Below are positions 12,801-29,126 of a DNA stretch of 64,000 nt, one piece after another. The stretch is from NCBI GenBank assembly GCA_043228905.1, contig JBHGNT010000021.1, forward strand, positions 3,100,001 through 3,164,000, in the 5' to 3' direction. The notes under the pieces are model-generated. The model was not told the origin of the DNA. It worked only from the letters and a program-made list of their open reading frames with translations, and did no database searches. Origin of the DNA: Azolla caroliniana. Taxonomy: Eukaryota; Plantae; Polypodiophyta. A program made the position numbers and the translations under genes. Every line of letters starts with the position of its first letter. The first letter of the stretch is position 1.

Positions 12801-15800
12801 CTCCCATGAGCTCACACCCTAGAGGTTAGATTGTATATGGACTAGTTTATTATAGAGTTAGATGACACCGATAATATTCACGACTCACGACTCACAACAT
12901 GTGAACATGTGAATGTAAGAAAGAGGGTGGATATTTATATTTTGTTTTTAGTCTTATTTTCGTGCTACTAAGTTTATAGTAGTGTGAATATTTCTTTTCT
13001 ATCAATGAACTTGTCATTGAATATGACCTAGATCCCTAGATACAAGCTTGTGCACTATAGTACTTGTCTTAAAGTCATTGGCACATACTTCAAGACTAAG
13101 TACATCTTTACGTGCCAAAAAAAGTCGACCTGGCTAGCCAATCCCATTACCCTACTTCCTTGTTTCCTAAATACGTTCTATCCAACTCTTTGACACCTCA
13201 TCAAGGAAGGATAAATGGCCTAAACTTTTAACAATAACACAAAACTAAAGTCCTATAACCTCAAATAAACGGCAAGTTCTAGACGCTATTTGGTCTATAG
13301 AAATTGGGGTACGAAAACATCTAAAAAGTTCATCTAGACTTGTGCATGCATCATCACATTGATAAACCATTTTGGCAAATGCTATATTCACATTTTACAA
13401 CGTTTTTTGAAGAATGTGTAATTGCCTCATAGAGGATAAACTTGATATAAAAGCAATGAAAAGATAAATGCATCTCAAACTAACAAAATATATTTACAAA
13501 GTGAATAAACATTAGAAATTTGAATCAATGACCGTTTCCCTTATACGAGATACCAAATAGATTATAATGCACTTCTTTTTCTATCTATTCTTCACATTGC
13601 CATGTCAATGTTCTTCCTTAAAACAAGAGGAGAATCACTAGCTAACACGAATTCCATGTTTTTATGTGGATAATGTTTAATCTTCCCATCCACAATTTAT
13701 TGTACATACAACATAGGTAGAATAATTTTTAATTTCACAATATAATTGTGTTTTGATGCAATGCAATAATTTGCGTTGGCATTCAACAACAATTTTGTTA
13801 GGGTTAATAACATAAAGAAAAGGAGAATTATTAGGTTTCACATTGTGAAATGCCGGGAATGTTCAAAGCGAATCATAGATAAAGAGGCCTAACCCATTAG
13901 TTCAAAAGCACTTTCCAAATTTCTCGTCCTCACTGTGAAAGAGATTTCTATAATGCATCTAATTATCGTGAGTAAACATGAAAATCGAATGGACAATATA
14001 CAGGTTGTCATTTTTAAACCAATTTTTAATATCACCCCAAGATGTATGATTATGGTTAGAGAAGCATGATGGGTAATGATTGTTAGGCTTCTTGCATGAA
14101 TACGACATAGTCCATCCAATTAATTAATTCAAATCAAGATACTTGAAATATGTTCCAGTAATCTTTCCTTCATGTTTGATTGGCCAAAAAACTCATCACA
14201 TTTAATTGAGACAGTTGTCATCAACCACCCTAGGATTTCTTATCTCGTTTTCTATCTGTTCGTCACTAATGACAAAAAAATGACATTTTTAGCCTCCAAT
14301 TTGTTTTCTTTCTTTGTAAGATATGATTCGAAAAGACAAACTGGTGAAGCCGCATGCTGAAAAAACATAAATTCTTTGCTACTTTCTCTAGAAAGGGCAA
14401 GTTTTTTGAAAGAAATGCCACATGAAAGGTAAGTGTTGAAAGGTTACATGGTCATGTAGGTAGGATAAGGCCACCTCTTCCACGCCTCTAGATCCTCAAG
14501 ATAAACCTACATTGTGCTAAGAAACTAATTTTGTGAGATCTATAGATAGCAAGATGAAGGTGGAAAGAACAATGCCTCTCGCAAGTAGAGATATTCAAAA
14601 CGTGAGAAACCCAAATATTGTGACACATTATAACAACAATAATGATTAGTATGGATACAATTGTTTTTGTCATTCTTTACCTTGCTCTTTTGTGGTTTGC
14701 ACAAATACAAATTCGAATGCACTCTATATCTAGTTTCTGTGACCTCCAAAGATGACGTTGCGATGTAACACAATACCCCACCTAAAGCAATAGGTGCCAG
14801 AGGACAACCACGAATTATTGTTGGATTGTGCATAGAAGTATAACATGCTTCCAAAGCACAAAGATGTGGCCAATCATTTTTTACTTCTTTGCAATCGAGA
14901 ACTATGCAAGGGAGGGTGCAATATATTACGATTGCCCAATGGAGACCAAGAGGTCATGGGTTCAACCCGTACATTCCACAGTTGCATTTAGTGAATTAAC
15001 AAATATGTATGAAGCCATAATGCTTGTAGTGTAACACCTTACCACAAGGGTAAGTTAATTATGAGAGAGAGCATGTATTTGAAGTCACAATCTAGGCCAT
15101 TTCTTGTTCCCCTGAAGGTTAGACAATGCATTATGGAGCCCATGATATTATATTATTGGCCATTGCTACTATGGGCAAAGAAAGAGGGATAATTTGGGAA
15201 TCACGTGAGTTTTGTGTAGCCTACTAACAACCCCTAAGTGCTTGAGGGGAGTTGTAGTAATGGCTCATAAATATGTGTTCATACTCACAACCATTGATAT
15301 CTATTGTCCAATCTTTCATTGAGGATAAGGGCATAACTGTCACAAATGAGTAGAACAAAGCTAACACATGGGTGGACAATGATTAATGCATCATGATGAC
15401 AATTACTAAACGGAAGTATTCCACATATAAATTCTCGTTATTTGTATGGGCTCCATGATCTATAGTAAAGATGGACATTATTCACACAAGTCGACCAAAA
15501 TATCAAAGACAAAGATCGTTTTCCGATTTCTAAGCTATTAAGGATTGCATCTTGATTGGGATATATGCACAATGCTTTTGCGTTTAATCGTAGGCATGGA
15601 GTCAAAGCATCTAGGTGGAAAGTGAACGTAGTACGAATGTGGAAAACTTCAGAGCAAGTGGAACTCCTTTCACTGTAGGAGTGTTCTCTATGTCGCCAAT
15701 TGACAATTCAACATGTCACACTACCCACCTATGTATAAGGGCGATCGCATTAAATTGTGGTATCCATTGTAAGTAGTGTTTTTCACACACATTTATCAAT

Positions 15801-15811
15801 ATAAATGTGTG

Positions 15812-15817
<6 letters not shown>

Positions 15818-15879
<62 letters not shown>
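15818..15879. repeat. (GA)n microsatellite, about 31 units
   Basis: Uninterrupted GA run. Similar shorter runs lie near 16975, 38555 and 44548. Confidence 0.95.
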
Positions 15880-15882
<3 letters not shown>

Positions 15883-16418
15883 AGTGTCCATAAAGAGGCC
15901 GATATTGACCCATAGGACCGAAGTACAAAAGTTATCTTGATGTGTGTCTCCCTCATAAGGAGGGATATTCATACTTTGAAGCGCCAAGTCTCATTGTGTG
16001 AATAAGGCATACACGAGTTCAACCTTCTAGGTGTTCTCTTTAGTGTGATACTACAATCATCACCCCCTCTTAATATATCATCATAGCTTATACAATTTGC
16101 ACTATATGCAGGCAGAGCATGTAAAAAGCAATTGATATTCATCCTCTATTGGCCCTTCCTTACATAACCTTACATGCCTTTATATGTGGCCGATTTCGAT
16201 TCCAAAATGCAAGTTCAATACCTAGGTTTGTGTATCGAGGGCGACGGAGTGTTAAGGCTCTACGAGAGTTAATTTACCTCATATTAGCAATGAGGTAAAG
16301 GTTGAATGCGATCAAGAGGCCTTCTTGCATGATATAGGAACCCAACATTAAGGATAGATGTATGCAATGTAATATTTTAATCTTGTCCCTTTTGTTTTAG
16401 CATTTTTTCCACACCTTC

Positions 16419-16600
16419 TTCCTTAGTGGGTCCATTAATCTTTCCTCAATAACTATACATTTCCATTAGCATCTTTCGATTTTTATTCATCCTTAGTGGG
16501 TCCATTCAACTTTCGTCAATAACAATAACGACATACTTCCATTGGCATCTTTCCACTTCTTCTTCCTCAATGGGTCGATTAATCTTTCCACAATAACAAC
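16419..16600. repeat. Degenerate tandem repeat, ~70-74-bp unit, about 2.5 copies, upstream of the ANKRD13-like gene
   Basis: CCTTAGTGGGTCCATT.A.CTTTC.TCAATAAC occurs at 16421 and 16491, with a degenerate third copy at ~16565. Confidence 0.7.
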
Positions 16601-16973
16601 ATATTTTCATAGTATGATTCTATTTGAAAGCTCTAGGAGATCTTCCACATCCTCATCCTTTGATACATAATTATATATATATATACATATATATACATAT
16701 ATATAATATATGTATATAAAGAGAGAGGGGCATTTCAGGAGATAAAGCAAAAATCTCAGGGGCATCGGTGGAAATAAAGAAAATGTGAAGGTTAGGCTAT
16801 GGTGGGGGCGATATTCCTTCCTGTAATGACGAGCCTGGCGATGGTGATGAGGAGGTGGAGGAGGAGGAGGAAGAACATGGCGATGGTGATGGATCATACG
16901 GCATAAAGTAGCACAGATCAAGGCAATACCTTCTCCTCTTCCTCTTCCTCCTTCTCCTCCTCCTATTCTGAGT

Positions 16974-17009
<36 letters not shown>

Positions 17010-17578
17010 AGATATGGAAGTCTTTCTCCGCGAAAACGAAGAAGGAAAGAAAAATAAAGAGAAAGGAAAAGAAACAGAGGAGGACATGGCTGCGGCCTCT
17101 TCCTAGGTATGGACAGCTCACTCTTCCCCCCCCCCCCCCCCCCCCCCCGACATAAGACGTTTGCCTTAGCTGCCCTCTGTTTGTTAATGTGGGTTTGATC
17201 AGACCTCCTCCTCCTCCTCCTGTCTGTGCTTCAGATCTTTTTTTTTTTTAACTCAGAAGCCCAAGCAACACCCACTATCGGCAAGGATTCGTGTCTCTCT
17301 GATACGTTTCTCTTTTTCTACTCCTCTCTTGCTATTTTCGTCTGATCTTTAGGCTTCAAAAAGTGTAGGGTTTGGCTCGATCCAGTTTTCTAAAGTTTCT
17401 AGATTCCAAGAATTTGGTTTCTGTTTTGGTTTTGCGTTTTCTGGTTTCATTTGCTTTAGTTTTCTAGGTTTTCAGGAACCCTCCGATTTTTTTCTTCCTT
17501 GATCTAACGAAAGCAGGTCGTTTTAATTTGTTTGAAGATATAGTGTTCCCTCTACCACATCTGTCTGCAACATCTTCC

Positions 17579-20500
17579 ATGGCTTCTTTCTCAAAAGAAG
17601 AGTTATTAAAATACGTCCACAGCCCTGTTCATCATGCTGTGGCATCAAGAGACTACATGGCGCTACGAAGGATTGTGTCCTCTCTTCCAAAACTTGCAAA
17701 AGCAGAGGACATTGGAACCGAAAGCAGTGCTATTGCGGAGGAAGTGAAGGCAGAGAAAGTTTCGTTGGTATTAGATAGAAGAGATGTTCCTGGAAGAGAA
17801 ACCGCACTACATTTAGCTGTTAGAATGAGTGATGCTGTGGCTGCAGAAATCTTAATGGCCTCAGGCATTGATTGGAGTTTGCAGAATGAGCAAGGATGGA
17901 GTGCTTTGCAAGAAGCTGTTTGTTCTCGTGAAGATGCCATAGCTATGGTCATCATGAGATATTATCAACCCATGGCTTGGGCAAAATGGTGTAGGAGAGT
18001 CCCTAGAGTTATATCCGCAATGAATACAATGAGAGACTTCTATATGGAGCTCACATTCCATTTTGAGAGCTCAGTCATTCCGTTTATAGGCAGGATTGCG
18101 CCCTCTGATACCTATCGTATATGGAAACGTGGGTCTAATCTGAGGGCTGATATGACTCTAGCTGGATTTGATGGGTTACGTATACAAAGGTCAGACCAGA
18201 GCTTCTTGTTTCTTGGTGAAGGTAGCCCTGATGGGAAGATTCCACCAGGATCTCTATGTATGTTGAATCACAAGGAGAAAGAAATCATGAATGCGTTGGC
18301 AAGGGCAGGTACGCAACCCACCGATGCAGAAATAGCTCAGGAAGTTGCGGCTATGTCGCAAACGAATATGTATAGGCCTGGAATAGATGTTACTCAAGCA
18401 GAGGTTTTGCCTCAATTGACATGGAGGAGACAAGAGAAGTCAGAGATGGTTGGACAGTGGAAAGCTAAACTATATGATATGCATCATGTTATGGTCAGTG
18501 TAAAATCAAGGAGAGTTCCGGGTGCCATGAGTGATGAAGAGCTCTTTGGCACTTCAGACAATGATGTTAAAGAAGATGAGGGAGTGGAAGGTTTTGCTGA
18601 ACTCTTAACAGAGGAAGAAAAGAAACAGTTAGAAACAGCTCTCAAAATGGAGTATGTAGATGGAGAGGAGGATGTTTATGGTGATGGCGATGGTGATGGT
18701 GATGATGATGGAAATAGTAAGTCCTACTTGGGGATATCTAATAGCTGCCGTGGCATTGATGGTTTCAAAGATGAGAAATCTCGGCTCAGTCTATCTAGGT
18801 TGGATCTGAATGTTGATAGAAAGGAGGATAAGAAAGGATGGTTTTCATGGGGAAAACGTAGCTTCAAACAAGATGGATCGAAGCGAATAGAACCTCCGAG
18901 AAACTCTTTCTCCAGTGATGCTAAAGTTAGTGATTTTCTAGAGAACAATTCGAGAGGAGATCATGTAACAAAGGTTGCAAAGAAACAAGATGGGGCTCGC
19001 AGATCTTCTGACAGACATCTTTCAGGTTTTAAGCTAGAGCATGGGAGCCCAAAGCACAAGAGAGATAAAGATACTAGAAAGTTCACCTGTTCTAAAGAAC
19101 ATGCAAGGAAGAGGAAGGTTACTCCAAGCACTGATGCAGGCGATGAAAATGTGTATAGGAAGGGTCTTAGACCTGTTCTTTGGTTAACACAAACTTTTCC
19201 TCTGGATATCGAGGAACTTTTGCCCTTACTGGATATTCTTGCGAATAAGGTGAAAGCTGTACGTCGGCTTCGGGAGCTACTCACCACAAAGCTGCCTGTG
19301 GGAACATTTCCTGTTAAGGTATTATTTCTATATTCTCCCTAGTTTTGAATGTTGTCCTTGTAAAATATACATCTGAGATTTTTCTTTTATTTCTCTTAAT
19401 CGTTTGGTGGTTCGGCCCTTGCAAACAAAGATACATATGCTGTTTGAGATTTATATGCTCAGTTCATTCCCTTTTTGTCTGTTTCAAGGGCTATGTGGGG
19501 CCATCTTGGGAAATAATGAAAATTTCAGAGCATTTGAAGAAATAAAGAAAAAATGATTAGGAGTTTCTCCCTACAGTAATTGGATAGTCATTTTGTAATT
19601 CTGTAAACTGAGCAATGTTCTGGGATTACTTATTCTTGGATTTAAACAAATAGAATTGGTTTGTTTATGCCCCTCTTTATGAGAAACTTGATCAAACAGT
19701 AGGCTCTGCAAGGCTGCATGTTGTTTGCTTGCTTGTTATAAATTTCTAGTACTGAATTGTAAGATAGATTAAAATCAAATATAGTGTTATATTTAAATAA
19801 AGTTTATTTAGGATCCTCATTTTGGCAGATTAGTTCAACCATATTCTGGTTTTATGCAGGTATTTTCATTTGTCATTCCCACTGGGTTCTGCAATGTACA
19901 TGGTCTTTCATAGGAAAAGGACAGTATAATCTAGCAACTATGACTAACTGCCATCTTCTTCCCTGATTGATTTACTTTCCATTATGGCACCTTATTGTTT
20001 GTTTGGGAATATAAATTTTCTATAGATATACAAATCAACAATACTAAAAGATGTGGGGTGTATTTTGCTCTGTATATTAATTTGTATTCAACAATATGTA
20101 TTTTAGCATAAGAATCATTCTTTTTTTGTTATACAATTGTTTGCTTGTTTTCTTTTATACATTCTGCCTTCTTTTGGATGTATTTGAATTCTTATGTTTT
20201 TTTTTAGACTTCCTATTTTATATTGCAGTATTTAGGATATTTATTACTTACATTTATGTTTGTAGCATTTTCTAACCTTATATATTTAGAGCATTTGATT
20301 TTAATCTTCAAAATGGACTTACTACAGATTCCTGTAGATATAACATAAAGGCATATAATAATAAAATCCCTTTATATATTATCTTGTTAATATGAATAAT
20401 TCTTTCATCTGATTTGATTATCTGGATATATGATTTGTTAGATCATAAAAGAATTTTTGTTCACAGGTTGCGATACCCATAGTGCCTACCATTCGAGTGC

Positions 20501-20853
20501 TAGTCACCTTCAGCAAATTTGAGGAGTTGATCCCAAAGGACGAGTTCACAACTCCTCCGAGTAGTCCAGACCAACTCATTACTATGGATGATAGCGTTAA
20601 TCGTGTTAATGGTGATCTTACTCATTCTTCAAGTTCATGGTTATCATGGATAAAAAATTCTGCTAATAAAGCAAGCAAGATGTCCACTACCAATTCTGAA
20701 AACAACAGCTCGGAAGCGGTCATCGATCCATTCCTGATTCCGGCTGATTATGCATGGACTAGTGTAGATCTGAAGAAGCATAAAAGCAAGGAAAAGCATT
20801 TGAAGAGGGGATGCAGGCCTATCCAGAATGGTTCTGAACATAACGATAAGTGA
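17579..20853 (+). CDS. Ankyrin repeat domain-containing protein 13-like (ankyrin repeats plus GPCR-chaperone/DUF3424 domain); 2 coding exons
   Basis: Exon 17579-19318 (MASFSKEE...SPVHHAV...ETALHLAV...GWSALQEA...FYMELTFHFESSVIPFI..IAPSDTYRIWKRGSNLRADMTLAGFDG...LPVGTFPVK) splices to 20467-20853 (VAIPIVPTIRVLVTFSKFEEL...DPFLIPADY). A 5'-UTR donor TAG|GTATGG lies at 17107. Confidence 0.92.
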
Positions 20854-22522
20854 TAGATGCAACTGTTCCTACATCTTCTTTGTGGGCCTTATCTCTATCA
20901 CCACTGTTTCTTAAGTATTTTAAAGAAGATAAAGTTGATTATGTACAACTGCTGCAAATGTTATACATACATTATGGTTGAACAAATGAACGAATACTTG
21001 GCATGAGCCATTCAGTCTGACATTTTTCATAACTCATGAAGTACTAAAGGAGGAACAGAAGTGCCCTCTGGGAATAGCCTTTAACCTGGCTTTATGTTAT
21101 TCTCAAAACAGAGCTTTTGTGCTCTATTTTGCAAAGGAAGTTATAGAAAGAATAGAAAGGATTAAAATCATAACCAAAAAAATCATTTTTCAGTTGTAAG
21201 CAAAGGCTCAAAAGGTGAGATGTAAAACTACTACATTTTATGTGGGATTATAATAATGCATATAATCCTATTTTATCATTTGTTTTTGCCTCGCCTCTTT
21301 ACGAGTTTTGCTAATCCAATTTTTATGCTGGTTATATTATCATGCAAACAATAATCATTGGTGCAAATGACCCCCAAATATTTGTATGGATTAGCTTAGC
21401 AGTGAGGAACCTGTTGACCTTGAAACATAAAAATGCTAGTGAACAATGAGCGTGATGACTCAAGAGGATATTGAAGACTTTTATCAACTCATTCATCACT
21501 AGCAAAAAACGTTATGGATACATAGACTTGCATTCATATATGAATCATCGCAAAAAACAGGGAAAAAATGGGTATCTAGAAGGGGAATAGATTCTCTTTC
21601 CAATGCAAGTTGGGAGTCCATGATATTAAAGTTCAGAAAACTTGTTTCTAAAACGAATTTTGGATTACTCTGAATGTAGAAAGACGAGACTAAGGAAGAG
21701 AATTTCTATGTTAATAGTGAAGTACTTTGGAGCATTTCCATCAACCCAAAAGAATTGTAAGTTTAGTGTTAGGTAAACTTCAGATGCTTTAAAATGAAAT
21801 TTGGATTATGTTGGTATGGTACACACTCAGAAAACAACCAAAGCTGCATGGAGAAAAGATATTGTTTACAAAAGCAGCAAATGGTATGTTTGCTCACCAG
21901 TATTCCGTTTGGGTTGTAAGTAAATACTACATAACATGATAATCTATTTAGTCTATACACCACATAAAGAGAACAAATTTCAGTCGAGGAATGTGGCTCT
22001 ATATATACGTATATAAAGTCAAATGAACCTCATGCTTAACAAATTCAAAATCTATTTTCATAACATATGTAATTTTATTGATGGAATATGATTCCTAGTT
22101 ACTGGAGACCTTTCGGTAAATATTTCCAAGCTATTATGGACTCATATTCTTCATCCTGTATTACATGTTTTTCAAACAGACTTCAAGTTCTCAAACAAGT
22201 ACTGGGGCACATGACAAAAATTAATAAGGCATCGATTCTCTGGTATAAAACAACCATGCACCGATTGATTGCCATCAAAATAAGAGTACAAAATTATACA
22301 TATCCTCTGTGGGAAACATGATCCCAGAACGCACAAACATGTATTATGGCTTGATGATTTGTTTGATGACGTTATGGGTCTCTTATTCAGGCATTATCAC
22401 GAAGTCGCATGCAAATTTGAAGTTAATTTATTCACCGACTAAATCAATAACTCTTTCCCCATCTCAGTTATGCCAGTATTTGAACTCATGAATGTAAGAG
22501 CAAATTCTCCATGAATTCAATG

Positions 22523-26522
<4,000 letters not shown>

Positions 26523-26889
26523 ATCTATTATAGATAAAATCTGTGTCTGTGTGAAAATGTAAATTCCTTTCCTCAAATAGTTCTTCTGAATAGATAGATA
26601 TTCGCGATTCGCCGAAGCGATGGCGATGGCGATGGCGATGGTCTTCTGCTTCTGCTTCTTTCTTTCTGCGTCGGCCAAAATTGTAAATTTATGGAATTTT
26701 AGTTTTTATCAAGAGGCCTTCAACGCTTTCACACCTTCTTCTTCTTCTTTTATATTCTAAAATGTTTTGTCCCTTCGACCACACCAAAGGAGTCACTCAC
26801 TCTATTTGTCCAAAACTTATTATATGCTCTTCACCGATACAATATATCGGTATATACAATACATATATGTTCCTTAACATATCTGTATA

Positions 26890-26925
<36 letters not shown>

Positions 26926-29126
26926 TGTATATTAATACATGTACATGTATGTGTACATATATCATGCTTGATTCAGCTTCCGCATCTCTCTGCCTTTATG
27001 ACTTTGGTCAGAAAAAGTCCCTCGCTCCAGCTTTTGCAGTTGGCAATTCCGGTTGGCTCACAAACATTTGATTGATTGCCTACATATAAACAAAACTGTG
27101 GGGTCGGATCAATCCCTTGGAGAGGGGGTTATGTCGATGGCTAGAAAGTTTTATAATTATTATTTTTTAACTTGCCCATTCAATTTTCATAGGTCAAGAA
27201 CTACTTATCTTAGCCGCTGCGAACAATTGAATAGGCCCAATTCTGACTTTTTAGTTGGCCACAACATCTCTGATGTTTTTGGTTAAGGTCATCAAGTTGG
27301 GAAAAGGTAACATCCGTCGACAAACATGCTCTCGGATATTGCATTACATCGAATATTGTAACACTTGAACCTTGTGCAATCAATTTTCTTCTTAGGACAT
27401 TGCCTGACTGTTTTCTTAAGGAATCTAAATGGGTTGCTACTCTCTTTTCATCTCTCACCCCAATTAGAGAATGAAGTTAGTCCAACCATCACCATGAGTT
27501 TCAAAACCCCGAGACAACCATCCTACCCCAATCTACTACCACATATCAAGTTCCAATTTAACAATTCCACCTCTTTAGTAACACACACCCCCTTTGGGCA
27601 CACTATTTCCAGTCCTACCACATATTAGGTTATCAACCAAGGATCATTGTGCATGCATTTATCGGTAAACACACCATTCATGATTACAAAGAGAAACAAT
27701 GTTTAGAATTGTCACTTCTCACTATTTCTCCCTTCTTAGTCCTTACACTCTCTTTCCCACTCTCGTCATTTCACATTCTCTAACATACAAAGAGTAGCAG
27801 AAGATTACCTATTTATAAAACATAAGCATGTGGAAATCATTTATATCAGCTAGCAAAACAGAATCGCCAAGACAACAAGCCAACAAGGGGACATCTTTCT
27901 AGATAGGTGCTACCCATGATAACTAGTACGTCTATAGCACAACCATGTTAATGGGGTCCACTTATGTGTAGCACGGGAGCATTCATTGCATATCAACATG
28001 TCAACAAGACATGCACACATGTATGAAAGTAAGGAAGGAAATGAAAAATAAAAAGACAACGAAAATGAAAAGGAATAAAAAATAAACAAGGTGCAACAAA
28101 ACTTGGAAGATGAGGAGGAAGAGAAAGCAAATAATAGCTATTAAAAATAACAAGTATATATATATTTTTAAAAACAACAGAAGCAACTAGCTAAATGTTT
28201 GACAAACGACAAAGGATTAAATTGAAATGAACTTTCCAAGAAATCCCAATCGAAGGAACGATCTTATCAATCAAATGATATCGAAGAGGAAGTGATATAA
28301 AGGCACTGAACGATACATGATAGAATCATAAGGAAAAACACAAAAGTGACTGGAATTAAGAATGTATGTACAGATTCTTTCACTACAACCATATAATCTT
28401 TTTCATTCTGATTTTTGAACAATGAATGTATTCCAACCCGGATTAATTTTGGCAACTAGCAATGAGAAATATCATAATGTATACATAATCTTCTAGCAAG
28501 CAAACATTTTATAGCTTACTCAACTGAATGTTGAGAATGAATATATAATAATGGTGGTAGTATGTCAAATGTTTCTTGAGGATTTCATGCTTTTACAATG
28601 GAGGGATATAAAGGCATCAAGCATCATAAATGAATCGAAACTGGAGAGTAATCCTTCTTCGTTTTATCTTGAGAGACTTGTCTCTTCTATGAATTGAGAG
28701 AATTTCAAAAAAATGAGTACATACCTGAAAAAGGAATAGAAAGCACAAAGTATGCCATATGTTTAGAACGATGGAAGAACGCATGACGTCACATGTTTAG
28801 AATGATATGAGGTTCACAAGACCATATAAAACAAATAAGAAAAGAAGATGGAAAAGTAGAAGCATGATATGAACATGGTTATGATTGGGGACCATTGTAT
28901 GTAGTATGTATGGTAACAAGCATGGTAAACAAGGTAGTATGATCATATGCATAGTAAGCATAATAATGTGTATTGTTCAACATGCATAGTATATTATGTA
29001 TAGTAAACATGAAAGAATCTATGACAGACATACAATATTGAGTAAGCTCAAAAAAAAACTCATGCTTACATTACAACTATATATTTAACATTGACTTATA
29101 ATTATACATACCAGAAAAAATGTTGT

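Noticed and set aside
10600-15600. Intergenic stretch with short ORFs (e.g. 12437-12676, 13889-14119, 14540-14854) that could be transposase or integrase relics
   Set aside because: No diagnostic catalytic motif, TIR, LTR or TSD could be identified by eye. It is probably decayed TE sequence but cannot be assigned; tblastx against TE databases would decide.
16607-17087. Minus-strand Pro/His/Ser/Arg-rich ORFs, and similar ones at 44280-44719 and 49350-49879
   Set aside because: They are translations of (GA)n, (GGA)n and poly-C tracts in promoter or 5'-UTR regions.
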